A stretch of DNA of 64,000 bases, from NCBI GenBank assembly GCA_029860345.1, contig JAOUBJ010000011.1, positions 64,303 through 128,302 of the forward strand. The letters are read 5' to 3'. Of this stretch, positions 30,174 to 39,245 are shown piece by piece; position 1 is the first letter of the stretch, and each line of letters opens with the position of its first letter. The notes under the pieces were generated by a model. The model made no database searches and had not been told where the DNA came from. It saw nothing but the letters and a program-made list of their open reading frames with translations. Source of the stretch: Candidatus Zixiibacteriota bacterium. GTDB lineage: Bacteria; Zixibacteria; MSB-5A5; GN15; FEB-12. A program made the position numbers and the translations under genes.

Positions 30174-31337
30174 CTACTGCACCCGGTAGCTTATCAGGTT
30201 CCACTGTTGTTCAAAAGCCGGACCGAGACCAAAGGTAGTGTACTCCCGACGTACCATACCGACCCCCGGCACCAGCCAGTCGTCGACTGTCCAATAGTCG
30301 TTGAACGCCCCGCCGGACATACGGTAGTGAAAGGCCGACGGGAACTCGCCCGCCAAAGAAGTGACGGCGCCTTTATCGACTATCACCGGAATCGCACCGA
30401 AATACTCCATCCCCCAGTGTCGCCCGACTGTAAGAGGGAACTCATAATACCACGAATCGAAATAGAGGATATCGTCGCTGTGCGAAACAAACAATATGTC
30501 GTCACTCACACCCATATAAACCGTATCCGTCGCCAACCGTCCACGGCGTTGCCACAACCAGCCCGAGTCGGCCCACGATACCGGCACTTCCGATTTGATC
30601 GTCACGGTAACCGTGTCCACAAGGTCAAGACTGGTGTCGATCACCTGATAGACCCACTGCGTACCCACCGAATTCGGAAAACGGCTCAGATAGAAGGTGC
30701 TGAGGTCGTATCTCAGTAGCTCCCAGGTTTGATTGACGGAAATCCTGATACTTGATCCATCAGACCACGCACTGAAGAGGTATCGACGCACTGCACCGAC
30801 ATCAGGGGCGAACCAGGTTTGACTCCAACTCCCGCCCCCTTCGAAATCCCGGTTCCAAACTCTCTCTATCAACGCCGCAGAATCAAACCTGCCGGCTTCC
30901 ACCGTGACGGTTCCAACATCGGTGACGCGGCTGGTGTCGGTACCGCCTGAAACAATCCATTCGGACCCAACCGTGAGCGGTAGTATGAATCGCTCAAGAA
31001 ACATCGATCCGACGGTAGTGTCGGAAGTTATATCAATCGTATCTCCTTGTATCTTTGCATACCGGTCTACGACGACGTCGGCAACCGTCCAGTTCAGCCG
31101 TAATCTCAGACTGGTGGCTCCATCCGAATGGCTGACAGTGTCGGTAACCGATACCCACACGGTGTCGGTCGTCAAAGTCAGACTGTCATACACTTCGTAA
31201 ATCCAGAGCAGGCCGACCCCATCGGGAGGTGGGTCCCCGTTCGAGCCACCGTTGATTATCTTCTCGTCGTCATCGCAGGAATAAATGCACAGCAGGCTGA
31301 GAAGCAAAGTGAACGGCACTAACCGCCATTTGATCAT
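30174..31337 (-). CDS. hypothetical lipoprotein with an internal two-domain duplication
   Basis: 'LLLSLLCIYSC' lipobox. The two halves share 'PLTVG(S/R)xW ... G(R/E)F(D/P)SA ... W(F/L)xP(D/G)VG(A/M)VRR(Y/E)'. No family recognised. Confidence 0.6.
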   Translation of the reverse strand: MIKWRLVPFTLLLSLLCIYSCDDDEKIINGGSNGDPPPDGVGLLWIYEVYDSLTLTTDTVWVSVTDTVSHSDGATSLRLRLNWTVADVVVDRYAKIQGDTIDITSDTTVGSMFLERFILPLTVGSEWIVSGGTDTSRVTDVGTVTVEAGRFDSAALIERVWNRDFEGGGSWSQTWFAPDVGAVRRYLFSAWSDGSSIRISVNQTWELLRYDLSTFYLSRFPNSVGTQWVYQVIDTSLDLVDTVTVTIKSEVPVSWADSGWLWQRRGRLATDTVYMGVSDDILFVSHSDDILYFDSWYYEFPLTVGRHWGMEYFGAIPVIVDKGAVTSLAGEFPSAFHYRMSGGAFNDYWTVDDWLVPGVGMVRREYTTFGLGPAFEQQWNLISYRVQ

Positions 31338-31468
31338 CTGGTCCTCCTCATTTGATGCTCTTGTCTCTGTCCACCGTCGAGATGGTCAGACGCTTGATAT
31401 TCGTTAATAAGACGTCTATTGTCAACAGATCGTTTAAGCACGGTCTTGCCCGTGTTATTCTGGGGTAG

Positions 31469-31841
31469 GCCGGAATCCAATCTTCAGTTTCCATGTCATT
31501 CCCGCGAAGGCGGGAATCCACTCTTCTCTTAGAGACCTGAAAATTCTATCCGGGTGGATCGAACGCCGCAGGAAGTATCAGCCGAGACATCAGCCACCGC
31601 TGATAAGGTTCACCCCTCGACTCCGCTCGGGGTGACAGGGTCAAGCCCTGTTTCTCGCGTTTCGCGCGCGATCCACTAATGGTGAGCGTCGGATGGCACC
31701 CTCAAACTCGGTTTGGTGGTGATTCTGTTTTTCTCCGACCCAAACTAGGTCTGAGGCGACCACCCGGAAATCGGAGCCTCTACAACAAATGTCATTCCCG
31801 CACTCCCTTTGTCATTCCCGCGAAGGCGGGAATCCATCTTC
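31469..31841. repeat. mosaic array of short palindromic repeat units (array R5)
   Basis: GTCATTCCCGCGAAGGCGGGAATCC at 31495-31526. CACCCCTCGACTCCGCTCGGGGTG at 31609-31638. CTGTTTCTCGCGTTTCGCGCGC at 31642-31669. An inverted pair of the GGTGGC..CTCAAAC..GGTTTGG unit at 31691-31719 and 31739-31765. One truncated plus one full GTCATTCCCGC unit at 31791-31841. Confidence 0.9.
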
Positions 31842-31906
31842 TTGAAGGTCGAAACCCTGCCCCGAAGGGATCTCCAACACAATCAGAAAGAACACAGACG
31901 CGGGAA

Positions 31907-32560
31907 TCAGTTCTCACGATAACCGACTAATAGCATACCACACTGGTGGAGTTCTTGGAGCCACTTTGCCAATTCTGTATAGCGGATTCTCAAGTTGTCT
32001 AGAGCAATTTCTCTTTGACCAGGGAATACGACAAAGGGGTGACCTTTTACGGGCTCCCCCCTTTTCAGCCTATCCGCCCGATGTTGAATAGCGTCGCGAA
32101 AGTCCCTGACATCATCCTGGACTGCTCCTCTGATTACTGTGAGAGTCCTTGGCAACAAGTCTTTCATCTTCTGCGGTGCGTGCTGGTGCCCTCTGATAAC
32201 ACTTAAACATCTGATGGCGCTATGAAGCCTGTCAATGCAAATCTCACAGTGTCCCGATGCAACTTGAATATCGTGCAGTAGCCCATTGCTGTCCGTTGGC
32301 TTACGATTGGCCAACAGATTCCTTGCACTTCGATACTCTCGTATACAATGGTCGAGGATTCGCACGAAGTTAGCTACCAGAGCATGGGCCTGTACGTTGC
32401 GTGTTCCGCTGGCTGTGAGAGAGCGGTTAAGCATCAACCGTAAGCTCAGGGCTTTCATCCCTGTCAACTCAGGAAGCTCGAATACAAAATCCTCACTATC
32501 GAATAACTCATACAGCGACGTTCTAGCCACCCCCCACCTCCCCATACACTTTCTCCGCAA
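31907..32560 (-). CDS. hypothetical protein, helical, with an R-x4-H (RDAIQH) motif
   Basis: 217-aa ORF whose 5' end overlaps the dgt stop; alternative starts at 32545 and 32458. Looks more AT-rich than its neighbours by eye. No family recognised. The motif is encoded at 32081-32098. Confidence 0.45.
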   Translation of the reverse strand: MRRKCMGRWGVARTSLYELFDSEDFVFELPELTGMKALSLRLMLNRSLTASGTRNVQAHALVANFVRILDHCIREYRSARNLLANRKPTDSNGLLHDIQVASGHCEICIDRLHSAIRCLSVIRGHQHAPQKMKDLLPRTLTVIRGAVQDDVRDFRDAIQHRADRLKRGEPVKGHPFVVFPGQREIALDNLRIRYTELAKWLQELHQCGMLLVGYREN

Positions 32561-33662
32561 ACCGGTCAGTCATGCCGGCGATGTAATCGGCCGCGACGAT
32601 CTCAACAGATTCGTCATCAAGCATCTTCTGGAATCGTACCGGCATCAGTAAAGGCTCTTTTACAAGTCGATCAAATATAGCCGTCATTATTTCCGAGGCC
32701 CGCTGTGATTTGGAAACCAGTCGCGCGTGATTGTACAATCGATCGCGCAGAAAACTCTTCAACTGCCGAACACGGCTGCGCATGTCCTCCGAATAGGCAC
32801 ATATTTTCTCGGGGGCGGTGCGCACAGTTTCAAGGTCGTGGATATTGAACTGCTTGACGCGCGCAAAGGTCTCGTTGATGACATCGGTGGCCATGCGGTC
32901 GACCAGCCGCCGGACCAACTGGTGCCGGATGAAATCATCATCTGATTTCACTCCTCGTAGTGTCTCTCCCCCGACAAGCTCGACAAAGAAGTCGCTTGCG
33001 ACCAGATCATCGAATGAAATGATACCGGCCGAAAGGCCATCATCGATATCGTGCGAGTTGTAGGCGATCTCGTCGGCAATATCGACCAGGGCCGCTTCGA
33101 GTGTCGGCTGACGGTCATCCTCGAAACCGGGCGCGTCGATTCTGGAGCGTGTCTCATGTTTTACGATCCCCTCGCGCACCTCGTAGGACAGATTCAAACC
33201 GGGATGGTCGCGATAACGCTGCTCCAGAATATCCACCACCCGGAGTGACTGCCGGTTGTGATTAAAGCCACCCTGCCTCTGCAACAACTCATCCAGAACA
33301 TCCTCTCCGGCATGACCGAAAGGCGTATGCCCCAGATCATGCACCAGCGCGATGGCCTCGGTCAAGTCTTCGTTGAGCCTGAGGTTGCGGGCCAGCGTGC
33401 GGGCCACCTGCGCCACTTCGATGGTATGAGTCAGACGAGTGCGAAAGTGATCTTTCTCGTGCGGGATGAACACTTGTGTTTTGTATTCCAGTCGACGAAA
33501 GGCGGCGGAGTGGATGATGCGGTCGCGATCGCGCTGGAAGGCCGTGCGCAAAGGATGTTCATCAAGCGCATAGATGCGTCCACGGCTCTTACATGACAAA
33601 GCAGCATACGGCGCCAGATTATCCAGTTCCATTTTTTCGATTTGTGCACGAACAAGCATCAT
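32523..33662 (-). CDS. dgt: dGTP triphosphohydrolase-like HD-domain protein
   Basis: 'FRTRLTHTIEVAQVARTLA' and 'ALVHDLGHTPFGHAGE' are HD motifs, plus 'DIADEIAYNSHDIDDG'. Start chosen at Met 33662, just after the upstream stop; the track ORF extends to 33716. Confidence 0.85.
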   Translation of the reverse strand: MMLVRAQIEKMELDNLAPYAALSCKSRGRIYALDEHPLRTAFQRDRDRIIHSAAFRRLEYKTQVFIPHEKDHFRTRLTHTIEVAQVARTLARNLRLNEDLTEAIALVHDLGHTPFGHAGEDVLDELLQRQGGFNHNRQSLRVVDILEQRYRDHPGLNLSYEVREGIVKHETRSRIDAPGFEDDRQPTLEAALVDIADEIAYNSHDIDDGLSAGIISFDDLVASDFFVELVGGETLRGVKSDDDFIRHQLVRRLVDRMATDVINETFARVKQFNIHDLETVRTAPEKICAYSEDMRSRVRQLKSFLRDRLYNHARLVSKSQRASEIMTAIFDRLVKEPLLMPVRFQKMLDDESVEIVAADYIAGMTDRFAEKVYGEVGGG

Positions 33663-33666
33663 GCGA

Positions 33667-34506
33667 CTATCTTCCCGCTTTCTCATCGCCGAAGCGCACC
33701 AACGATAGGGCGACATGATTCGATAACCCCAGCGTTGAGTGATACGAGGCTGCTATTGTTATAAGGTAGCTTCTATAGCTCACCTGGACTCCACCACCGT
33801 AGGTACGGGGAGCCGTGGTCACACCCCAGAAAAAACTGCCGCGCGGTGACAGACGGATTTTTTGCCCCAGACCGAACTGCGGCTTCTCCGTTGGCTCCAA
33901 GGTGACCCGGCCCGTCACCGAGTATGGCCCCGGACCCAGTAGCTCCAGGTGTAGACCTGAAACGACGTTGATCTCGGGACTACCGGCATGCAGACGCGGC
34001 GTGGTCAGGTTTTCGAACATGATAGCTGTCTTCAGTCGCCGAGTCCGGTAGCCACATCCAACACCGACAGTCACACCGCTGAGATTGTCGTAACCATTGC
34101 CGAATTCAACAATCATAGCCGATATCGTTGCGCCCAGTGATAGAGAATCGACATTGTATGCCACGGCCAGCCGTCCCAGTTTCTCAGCGTAGAGATTGCT
34201 GCGTCCGAACTGCGAGATACCAAGCGCTGTGGTTAGTGGTCCAAACCGGCGGACTGATGCTAAGTAGACTCGATCCAACTCCTTCATCCCGAATTTCCGA
34301 CTATACCCGCTTTCTAACTTGAAATCGCCGTCGTCGATTCCTCCAACCGGTACCGACAAAAGTTCCAGGGCCGATGGCTGAGCCAAAACGACAGTGTTAC
34401 CCATCCCATCGGTCATGTCGGCAGCAGGGTCGAAACCGCCCGCACCGAACGCCGAGGCGCAGATGACCAGGCAGAGCAGTATGGGAATTCGGTTGTACAT
34501 TCTCAC
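33667..34506 (-). CDS. predicted outer-membrane beta-barrel protein (possible PorP/SprF-like partner of the upstream T9SS cargo)
   Basis: Signal peptide 'ILLCLVICASAFGAG'. Alternating-hydrophobic beta-strand pattern throughout. 4-nt overlap with the LTD gene. The PorP/SprF role is inferred from gene context only. Confidence 0.5.
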   Translation of the reverse strand: MRMYNRIPILLCLVICASAFGAGGFDPAADMTDGMGNTVVLAQPSALELLSVPVGGIDDGDFKLESGYSRKFGMKELDRVYLASVRRFGPLTTALGISQFGRSNLYAEKLGRLAVAYNVDSLSLGATISAMIVEFGNGYDNLSGVTVGVGCGYRTRRLKTAIMFENLTTPRLHAGSPEINVVSGLHLELLGPGPYSVTGRVTLEPTEKPQFGLGQKIRLSPRGSFFWGVTTAPRTYGGGVQVSYRSYLITIAASYHSTLGLSNHVALSLVRFGDEKAGR

Positions 34507-36152
34507 CGCGCAATCACTATCGGTTTCTTGACCGACCCGGCGTCGTCGATCCGGCAGTACAGGACATAAATGCCCACCGGCAGGCGGCGACCGGCGTCTG
34601 AGCGTCCGTACCAGACGTATTGATCCAGACGGTATCCACCCTGGTCAAACCGTCGCACCACCCGCCCCTGGCGATCGAATACTTTGAGTACGTAACCTTG
34701 CGTGTCCGGGCCATCGATGATGATGACAACCGAATCTTCAACGCCGTCCCCATCGGGCGAGAACACTTCCGGTGTCACCAACACTTTCAGGTCACCGCCG
34801 ACGTAGGAACTTACCACCTCGTTAACTTGACCCGGTGAGCCACCCAGTTCTGCGGACCGCCCCCACCGGCCTTGTTGTCCGTCTTGCTCATCTCGACTCC
34901 AGGTATAGTCGCCGTCGAACAGACGGCTGTAGCCAAAGCGATCCGCCTCCAGTCCGAAGTGATCTACCAATAAGACGGTATCAGCGCCGTCGTTCAAGAG
35001 CGACCAACTGCTCGGCTCAACCATCAGTCCCGCGAACCCGGGATAGCTATCCACAAACAACGAAGCCGACCTGACCAGCACAACCCGTTGTCCGGACGCC
35101 ACTATCAGACTCGTGTCCACGGTTGTATTGATCCGTTTGTAATCACCTACCTGCCAACCTGCGAGATCGTATGGTCGGTCGCTTCTGTTGACAATCTCGA
35201 TCCACTCCGCATCCGACGAACCATCTGGTCGTGGCGCCAGCTCGGTCAGGTGGAAGGCGGGAAACTCTACAGCCGGAGCGGCGAAGTTACGCTTGTTGTT
35301 GCGCAGACGATCATCGTCCGGCAGCACAGCCATCAGGTGTGCGTACATGGAGTCGAACTGGAAGTGATCACCGATCTCAAACCACTGCCCTGGTTCCAGC
35401 GAGGGTACTGCAAACGATGCGATGGGCTGACCGGTAGTCTCATGCCAGGCGGCGTCGTAATACAAAAGTAACAGTGTCTCGCGGAACGAATCGAGACCAC
35501 GGTTAACCACGGTGAATTCAAGTCGCGTCCAACCATTTTCGATAGCGGCGTCAACCCCTTCCAGACCCAGGTCGACGCCGACAGGTGTCACCGAGTTGAC
35601 TACTCCGGGCGTGGAACCGTCGAAGTCAACAGACTGCGCCACCACTTGCGACGAAGGGGTCACACGTTCCCAAGAATAGCCGTCGGCGCCCACCTCGGAC
35701 CACGACATGGCCGATACCATGACATCCTGACGGTAGATTGCAACCGAGCCACCGGTGTTCACCAACGAGAAAGATGCCACCGGCGGCAATGTCATCGCAG
35801 CTTCGTCGGGTGTGTCGCCCCAGATGCCCGAGCCGTCTCCCCATCGAGTTTCAAAAGAGGCGGAACCGTCCGAGGACACCAGTTTTCTGCAGATGATGAG
35901 GTACGAATCAGGTTCAAGACGCCAGCCCCTTGGAATTGTGACCAACTCGTCGTCGACCAGCAACTGGTAATCGTCCAGAACAACAACTCCGGTGGAATCC
36001 ACATAGAGCTCAATCCACTCCAGGCTGGTCGACCGGCCCGGCTCGTTCACCATGAGTTCATTGACGACCAGCTCGGAACGCACCGTGGATGAAGACCCAT
36101 AGAGAATCAAGATAACAAGGAGTCCAAAAGTCTGGCCGATAGATTTCACCAT
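34503..36152 (-). CDS. lamin-tail-domain (LTD) protein with T9SS type-B-like C-terminal domain
   Basis: Two LTD signatures: 'LVVNELMVNEPGRSTSLEWIELYV' and 'FHLTELAPRPDGSSDAEWIEIVNRSDRPYDLAGWQVGD'. C-terminus 'VFSPDGDGVEDSVVI...LKVFDRQGRVV...GRRLPVGIYVLY...KKPIVIAR' matches the gliding-motility/T9SS type-B CTD pattern. Confidence 0.75.
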   Translation of the reverse strand: MVKSIGQTFGLLVILILYGSSSTVRSELVVNELMVNEPGRSTSLEWIELYVDSTGVVVLDDYQLLVDDELVTIPRGWRLEPDSYLIICRKLVSSDGSASFETRWGDGSGIWGDTPDEAAMTLPPVASFSLVNTGGSVAIYRQDVMVSAMSWSEVGADGYSWERVTPSSQVVAQSVDFDGSTPGVVNSVTPVGVDLGLEGVDAAIENGWTRLEFTVVNRGLDSFRETLLLLYYDAAWHETTGQPIASFAVPSLEPGQWFEIGDHFQFDSMYAHLMAVLPDDDRLRNNKRNFAAPAVEFPAFHLTELAPRPDGSSDAEWIEIVNRSDRPYDLAGWQVGDYKRINTTVDTSLIVASGQRVVLVRSASLFVDSYPGFAGLMVEPSSWSLLNDGADTVLLVDHFGLEADRFGYSRLFDGDYTWSRDEQDGQQGRWGRSAELGGSPGQVNEVVSSYVGGDLKVLVTPEVFSPDGDGVEDSVVIIIDGPDTQGYVLKVFDRQGRVVRRFDQGGYRLDQYVWYGRSDAGRRLPVGIYVLYCRIDDAGSVKKPIVIAR

Positions 36153-37789
36153 CGAGCTTTCACCTCAAGCGACAGTTGTGTGCGATGCGTCCGACCGGTA
36201 TCCCGATTGTAGCTGCGGCTGATCTTGACAGCAGCCATAACGCCTTCCACCAACGGTTGTTCGTTCCTGACAAAGAGATACCAGTACTCCACAGCTCCAT
36301 GGCGCAAGTCGAGCCGAGAAAGATTGGACCACACCTGCAGTTGACCGAGCGCCGGCGAGTTATAGTCCAGCCGCACGAAAAACGACAGGAAGTCTTCACG
36401 ATAACTGCTCGTATTGTGTGCAATATAGCTTCTGAGGGCGGTCTGACCAGCGGTAAAACGAATCTCCAGTCGAGTGCGATGACCGGTGAAGTGGGAAACT
36501 CCGGCTGTACCGGCACGACGTCGCGACTTCACCAGATGATCAAGACGCCACGACGGGCCGCTATCGCCTTCGTGGATCAAGCCGGACATCAGTTGAAAGT
36601 CGGCTGAGTCACGGTGTTGCGCCGAGTAGAGCATGGCGTTCACCAGCTGCATCTGGTCGGTCATCAGGACAATCGTCTTGATCATGCCGCCGGTATGTCC
36701 GGAATGTTTGTCGCTCATTTCAAAGTCAACATCCACCAGGTAGTGTCGGCGACGACTGCGCCCGGTCTTGCTTCCTCCGGACAGATCGAGATACCTGTCG
36801 GCATAACTCCACCCGGCGTATTTAATCTCGGCCGTCCGGAACCTATGTCGTCCTTCTATCTGTACTCCGCTCCATCCCCTGTCGTGACCAAACTGCAAGC
36901 AAGTTTCCAAAGCGGCGTAACCACTTTTGTAACGATATCGCAGCGGCAAAGCAACCTTGACATCGCCAAGCGAAGCATCGGTGTGCCGGTTTCGAATTCG
37001 ATTAACACCCACTATCAGACCCGAGGTCAGCACTCTGAGATTATAGGTCAGCATACCGGCCGCCGTGCTCAGGGTGTGATCGGCGTCGCGGTTAAACGAC
37101 GTTAGCAGTTGGACCCCGGCTCGACCCGCGTGGATTGCCGTGTACGCACCGTTGTATCCACCGAAGTCGGGGAACAAAAGAGATTCGTTGTCAATCCGTC
37201 CGGTGAAACTCAGAAGCTTGCCGCGATGTCCCAACACAGTTCCCATACCAAGACGCCGGGTAAAGTTGCCGAGACGAATCTCGCGAACGGTTCCGGAAGG
37301 ATTGCGGTATTCCAGATATCTGTTGATCACCCGTTCGTCGCCGCTTTGCTCTCGATGCAAGGTGCAGTAGGCTGAAACTCTGTCGCGGCCGACGCGCACG
37401 CTGCCGAGGTACTGGGATGGTATCTCCTGATCGAGATCATACCGATAGCGATAACGAAGCATTCCGGATAGGCGCCCGCCGGTCACACCCTGTGACTGGA
37501 AAGGGTCCAGTTGTTCATCCTGCAAAGCGGTCGACAGCGGCTTTTCCGTCTCCAAAAAGTGCGAGAGATTGGGAATCTCGTCCAGCAGATGATACTGGCG
37601 CAACTCGACGCCCTCGATGATGGCCTCCCTTAACACCTCGTACTGCTGATAACTGATCTCCGAGTTGGCCAGCGCCTCGGTCAGTTCATCTTCGGAAGTA
37701 TACACTTCAGTCGATAGATCCTGCGCCCGAACAGTTACGGCCAAAGTCAGAGCAAGCCCGAGTATTGCTGATCTGCCGAACACAATCAA
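36146..37789 (-). CDS. hypothetical outer-membrane protein (helical N-terminus plus predicted beta-barrel)
   Basis: Signal peptide 'LGLALTLAVTVRAQ'. Long beta-strand-pattern region. C-terminal aromatic residue ('...SLEVKARW'). Overlaps both neighbours by a few nt. Confidence 0.5.
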   Translation of the reverse strand: MIVFGRSAILGLALTLAVTVRAQDLSTEVYTSEDELTEALANSEISYQQYEVLREAIIEGVELRQYHLLDEIPNLSHFLETEKPLSTALQDEQLDPFQSQGVTGGRLSGMLRYRYRYDLDQEIPSQYLGSVRVGRDRVSAYCTLHREQSGDERVINRYLEYRNPSGTVREIRLGNFTRRLGMGTVLGHRGKLLSFTGRIDNESLLFPDFGGYNGAYTAIHAGRAGVQLLTSFNRDADHTLSTAAGMLTYNLRVLTSGLIVGVNRIRNRHTDASLGDVKVALPLRYRYKSGYAALETCLQFGHDRGWSGVQIEGRHRFRTAEIKYAGWSYADRYLDLSGGSKTGRSRRRHYLVDVDFEMSDKHSGHTGGMIKTIVLMTDQMQLVNAMLYSAQHRDSADFQLMSGLIHEGDSGPSWRLDHLVKSRRRAGTAGVSHFTGHRTRLEIRFTAGQTALRSYIAHNTSSYREDFLSFFVRLDYNSPALGQLQVWSNLSRLDLRHGAVEYWYLFVRNEQPLVEGVMAAVKISRSYNRDTGRTHRTQLSLEVKARW

Positions 37790-39225
37790 CTCAGTCGATA
37801 CTTCTTCAGTTTTCGATAAAGCGTGCGCTCACCGATACCCAGTATTGTTGCAGCCTCTTTGCGGTTGCCGTTGGTGCGGACAAGGACGGTGCGGATTAGT
37901 TCCTCTTCCATTTCCTCCAGACTGCTCGCCGGACCTCCGGGGGCGGCTTCGTCGTAACTGTCCACCGAGTTATCTCCGGGGAGATGGGCCGTGATGAGAT
38001 CGCGCAAAATGCGAACTTCGGTGCCCAGCGAAAGAATAGCGTGATAGATCAGTTCATGCCCTGCTTCCTCCACCGTCTTGCCGGTTGCGATGGGTAGGTG
38101 TGTGGCACCGGCCTGTTGTTCATCGAGAAAACTCTGGACGTCATCCACCTCGACCAGTCCCTTCCCCTTCAGCGCCAGCATGCGATCGGCGAAATTGCGA
38201 AGCTGGCGAATGTTGCCGGGCCAGTCGTACCGGGCCAACAAATCCAAAGCCGAATCCGAGCAGGTTAGCCTGGCGTTGTCGCGCCAAAAATGCTGCAGGA
38301 GCGGCAGGATGTCACTCTTGCGTTCCAATAGCGGCGGTAGAACAATTCTGACAACCGCAATCCTGAAGTATAGATCCTCACGGAATCTTCGATCATCAAT
38401 TGCCTCGGTGAGGTCCCGATTTGTAGCCGACACCACGCGAACGTCGGTCTTGTTGGCCGACGACGAGCCGACGGGATAGTAGGTGCCGTCCTCCAGAACA
38501 CGCAGTAGCTTCACCTGCATCTGGCCGGATGTTTCGCCGATTTCGTCAAGAAAGAGTGTGCCGCCGTCGGCCTTGCCGAACAACCCCTCTCGCCTGCCCA
38601 CCGATCCGGTAAAGGCGCCTTTCGCATGACCGAACAGTTCAGACTCAAGCAGTCCCGGAGCCAAAGCACCGCAATTAATAGCTACGTATGGATGCTCGCC
38701 GCGGTCCGAGTTGTTGTGAACAGCCTTGGCCACCAACTCTTTGCCGGACCCGGATGGACCCACTATCAGCACCGCCATGTCGGAAGGCGCCACCCGTTCG
38801 ATGGCCTCAGCCACAGCTTTCATCCGGGCCGACCGGCCGACGATTCCGTAGGTCGCGAGTAGCTGCTTGGTGCGAAGAATCTGAGCTATCTTCTCCTCAA
38901 TCAGATCGACACCGATATCAGCCAATATCACGCCGTCAACGTGATCCTGAGTTTCCCCAACAGCCTCTTTGTCACCGGCCAACATCCATATCTCGGTCAA
39001 ACCGTTGACACGACGAATCCGGGCAGCAACGGCCGGCGTGAGATCGGTACGGCTTTCGTCGTAGAGAATCAGATCGATGCGTGTTTCTTTGACCAACTGA
39101 TAAAGCTGTGGCAACTCCGCGCAGGTGTGCCCCAGCCTGTCCAGGTTGGCATCATCGACACTGTCGGCCGGACCTCGCAGCAGCACCACCTGCTGCACTC
39201 TTTCCGGTTCGGAGTTCTTGCCCAA
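37786..39225 (-). CDS. sigma54-dependent transcriptional activator (NtrC family) with degenerate receiver-like N-terminus
   Basis: AAA+ motifs 'GPSGSGKELVAKAVH', 'ESELFGH', 'GAFTGS', 'LFLDEIGE' and 'DWPGNIRQL'. C-terminal Fis-type HTH 'AATILGIGERTLYRKLKKY'. The N-terminal domain lacks the DD pair and the conserved Lys of receivers. Confidence 0.85.
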   Translation of the reverse strand: MGKNSEPERVQQVVLLRGPADSVDDANLDRLGHTCAELPQLYQLVKETRIDLILYDESRTDLTPAVAARIRRVNGLTEIWMLAGDKEAVGETQDHVDGVILADIGVDLIEEKIAQILRTKQLLATYGIVGRSARMKAVAEAIERVAPSDMAVLIVGPSGSGKELVAKAVHNNSDRGEHPYVAINCGALAPGLLESELFGHAKGAFTGSVGRREGLFGKADGGTLFLDEIGETSGQMQVKLLRVLEDGTYYPVGSSSANKTDVRVVSATNRDLTEAIDDRRFREDLYFRIAVVRIVLPPLLERKSDILPLLQHFWRDNARLTCSDSALDLLARYDWPGNIRQLRNFADRMLALKGKGLVEVDDVQSFLDEQQAGATHLPIATGKTVEEAGHELIYHAILSLGTEVRILRDLITAHLPGDNSVDSYDEAAPGGPASSLEEMEEELIRTVLVRTNGNRKEAATILGIGERTLYRKLKKYRLS

Positions 39226-39245
39226 TGTCCAAATCCTCCTGCCAC

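Noticed and set aside
38103-38118. Sigma54-promoter-like TGGCAC-N5-TGTTG
   Set aside because: It lies on the + strand inside, and antisense to, the activator gene, and the -12 element is not TTGC. I found no convincing TGGCAC-N5-TTGC upstream of the operon genes by eye.
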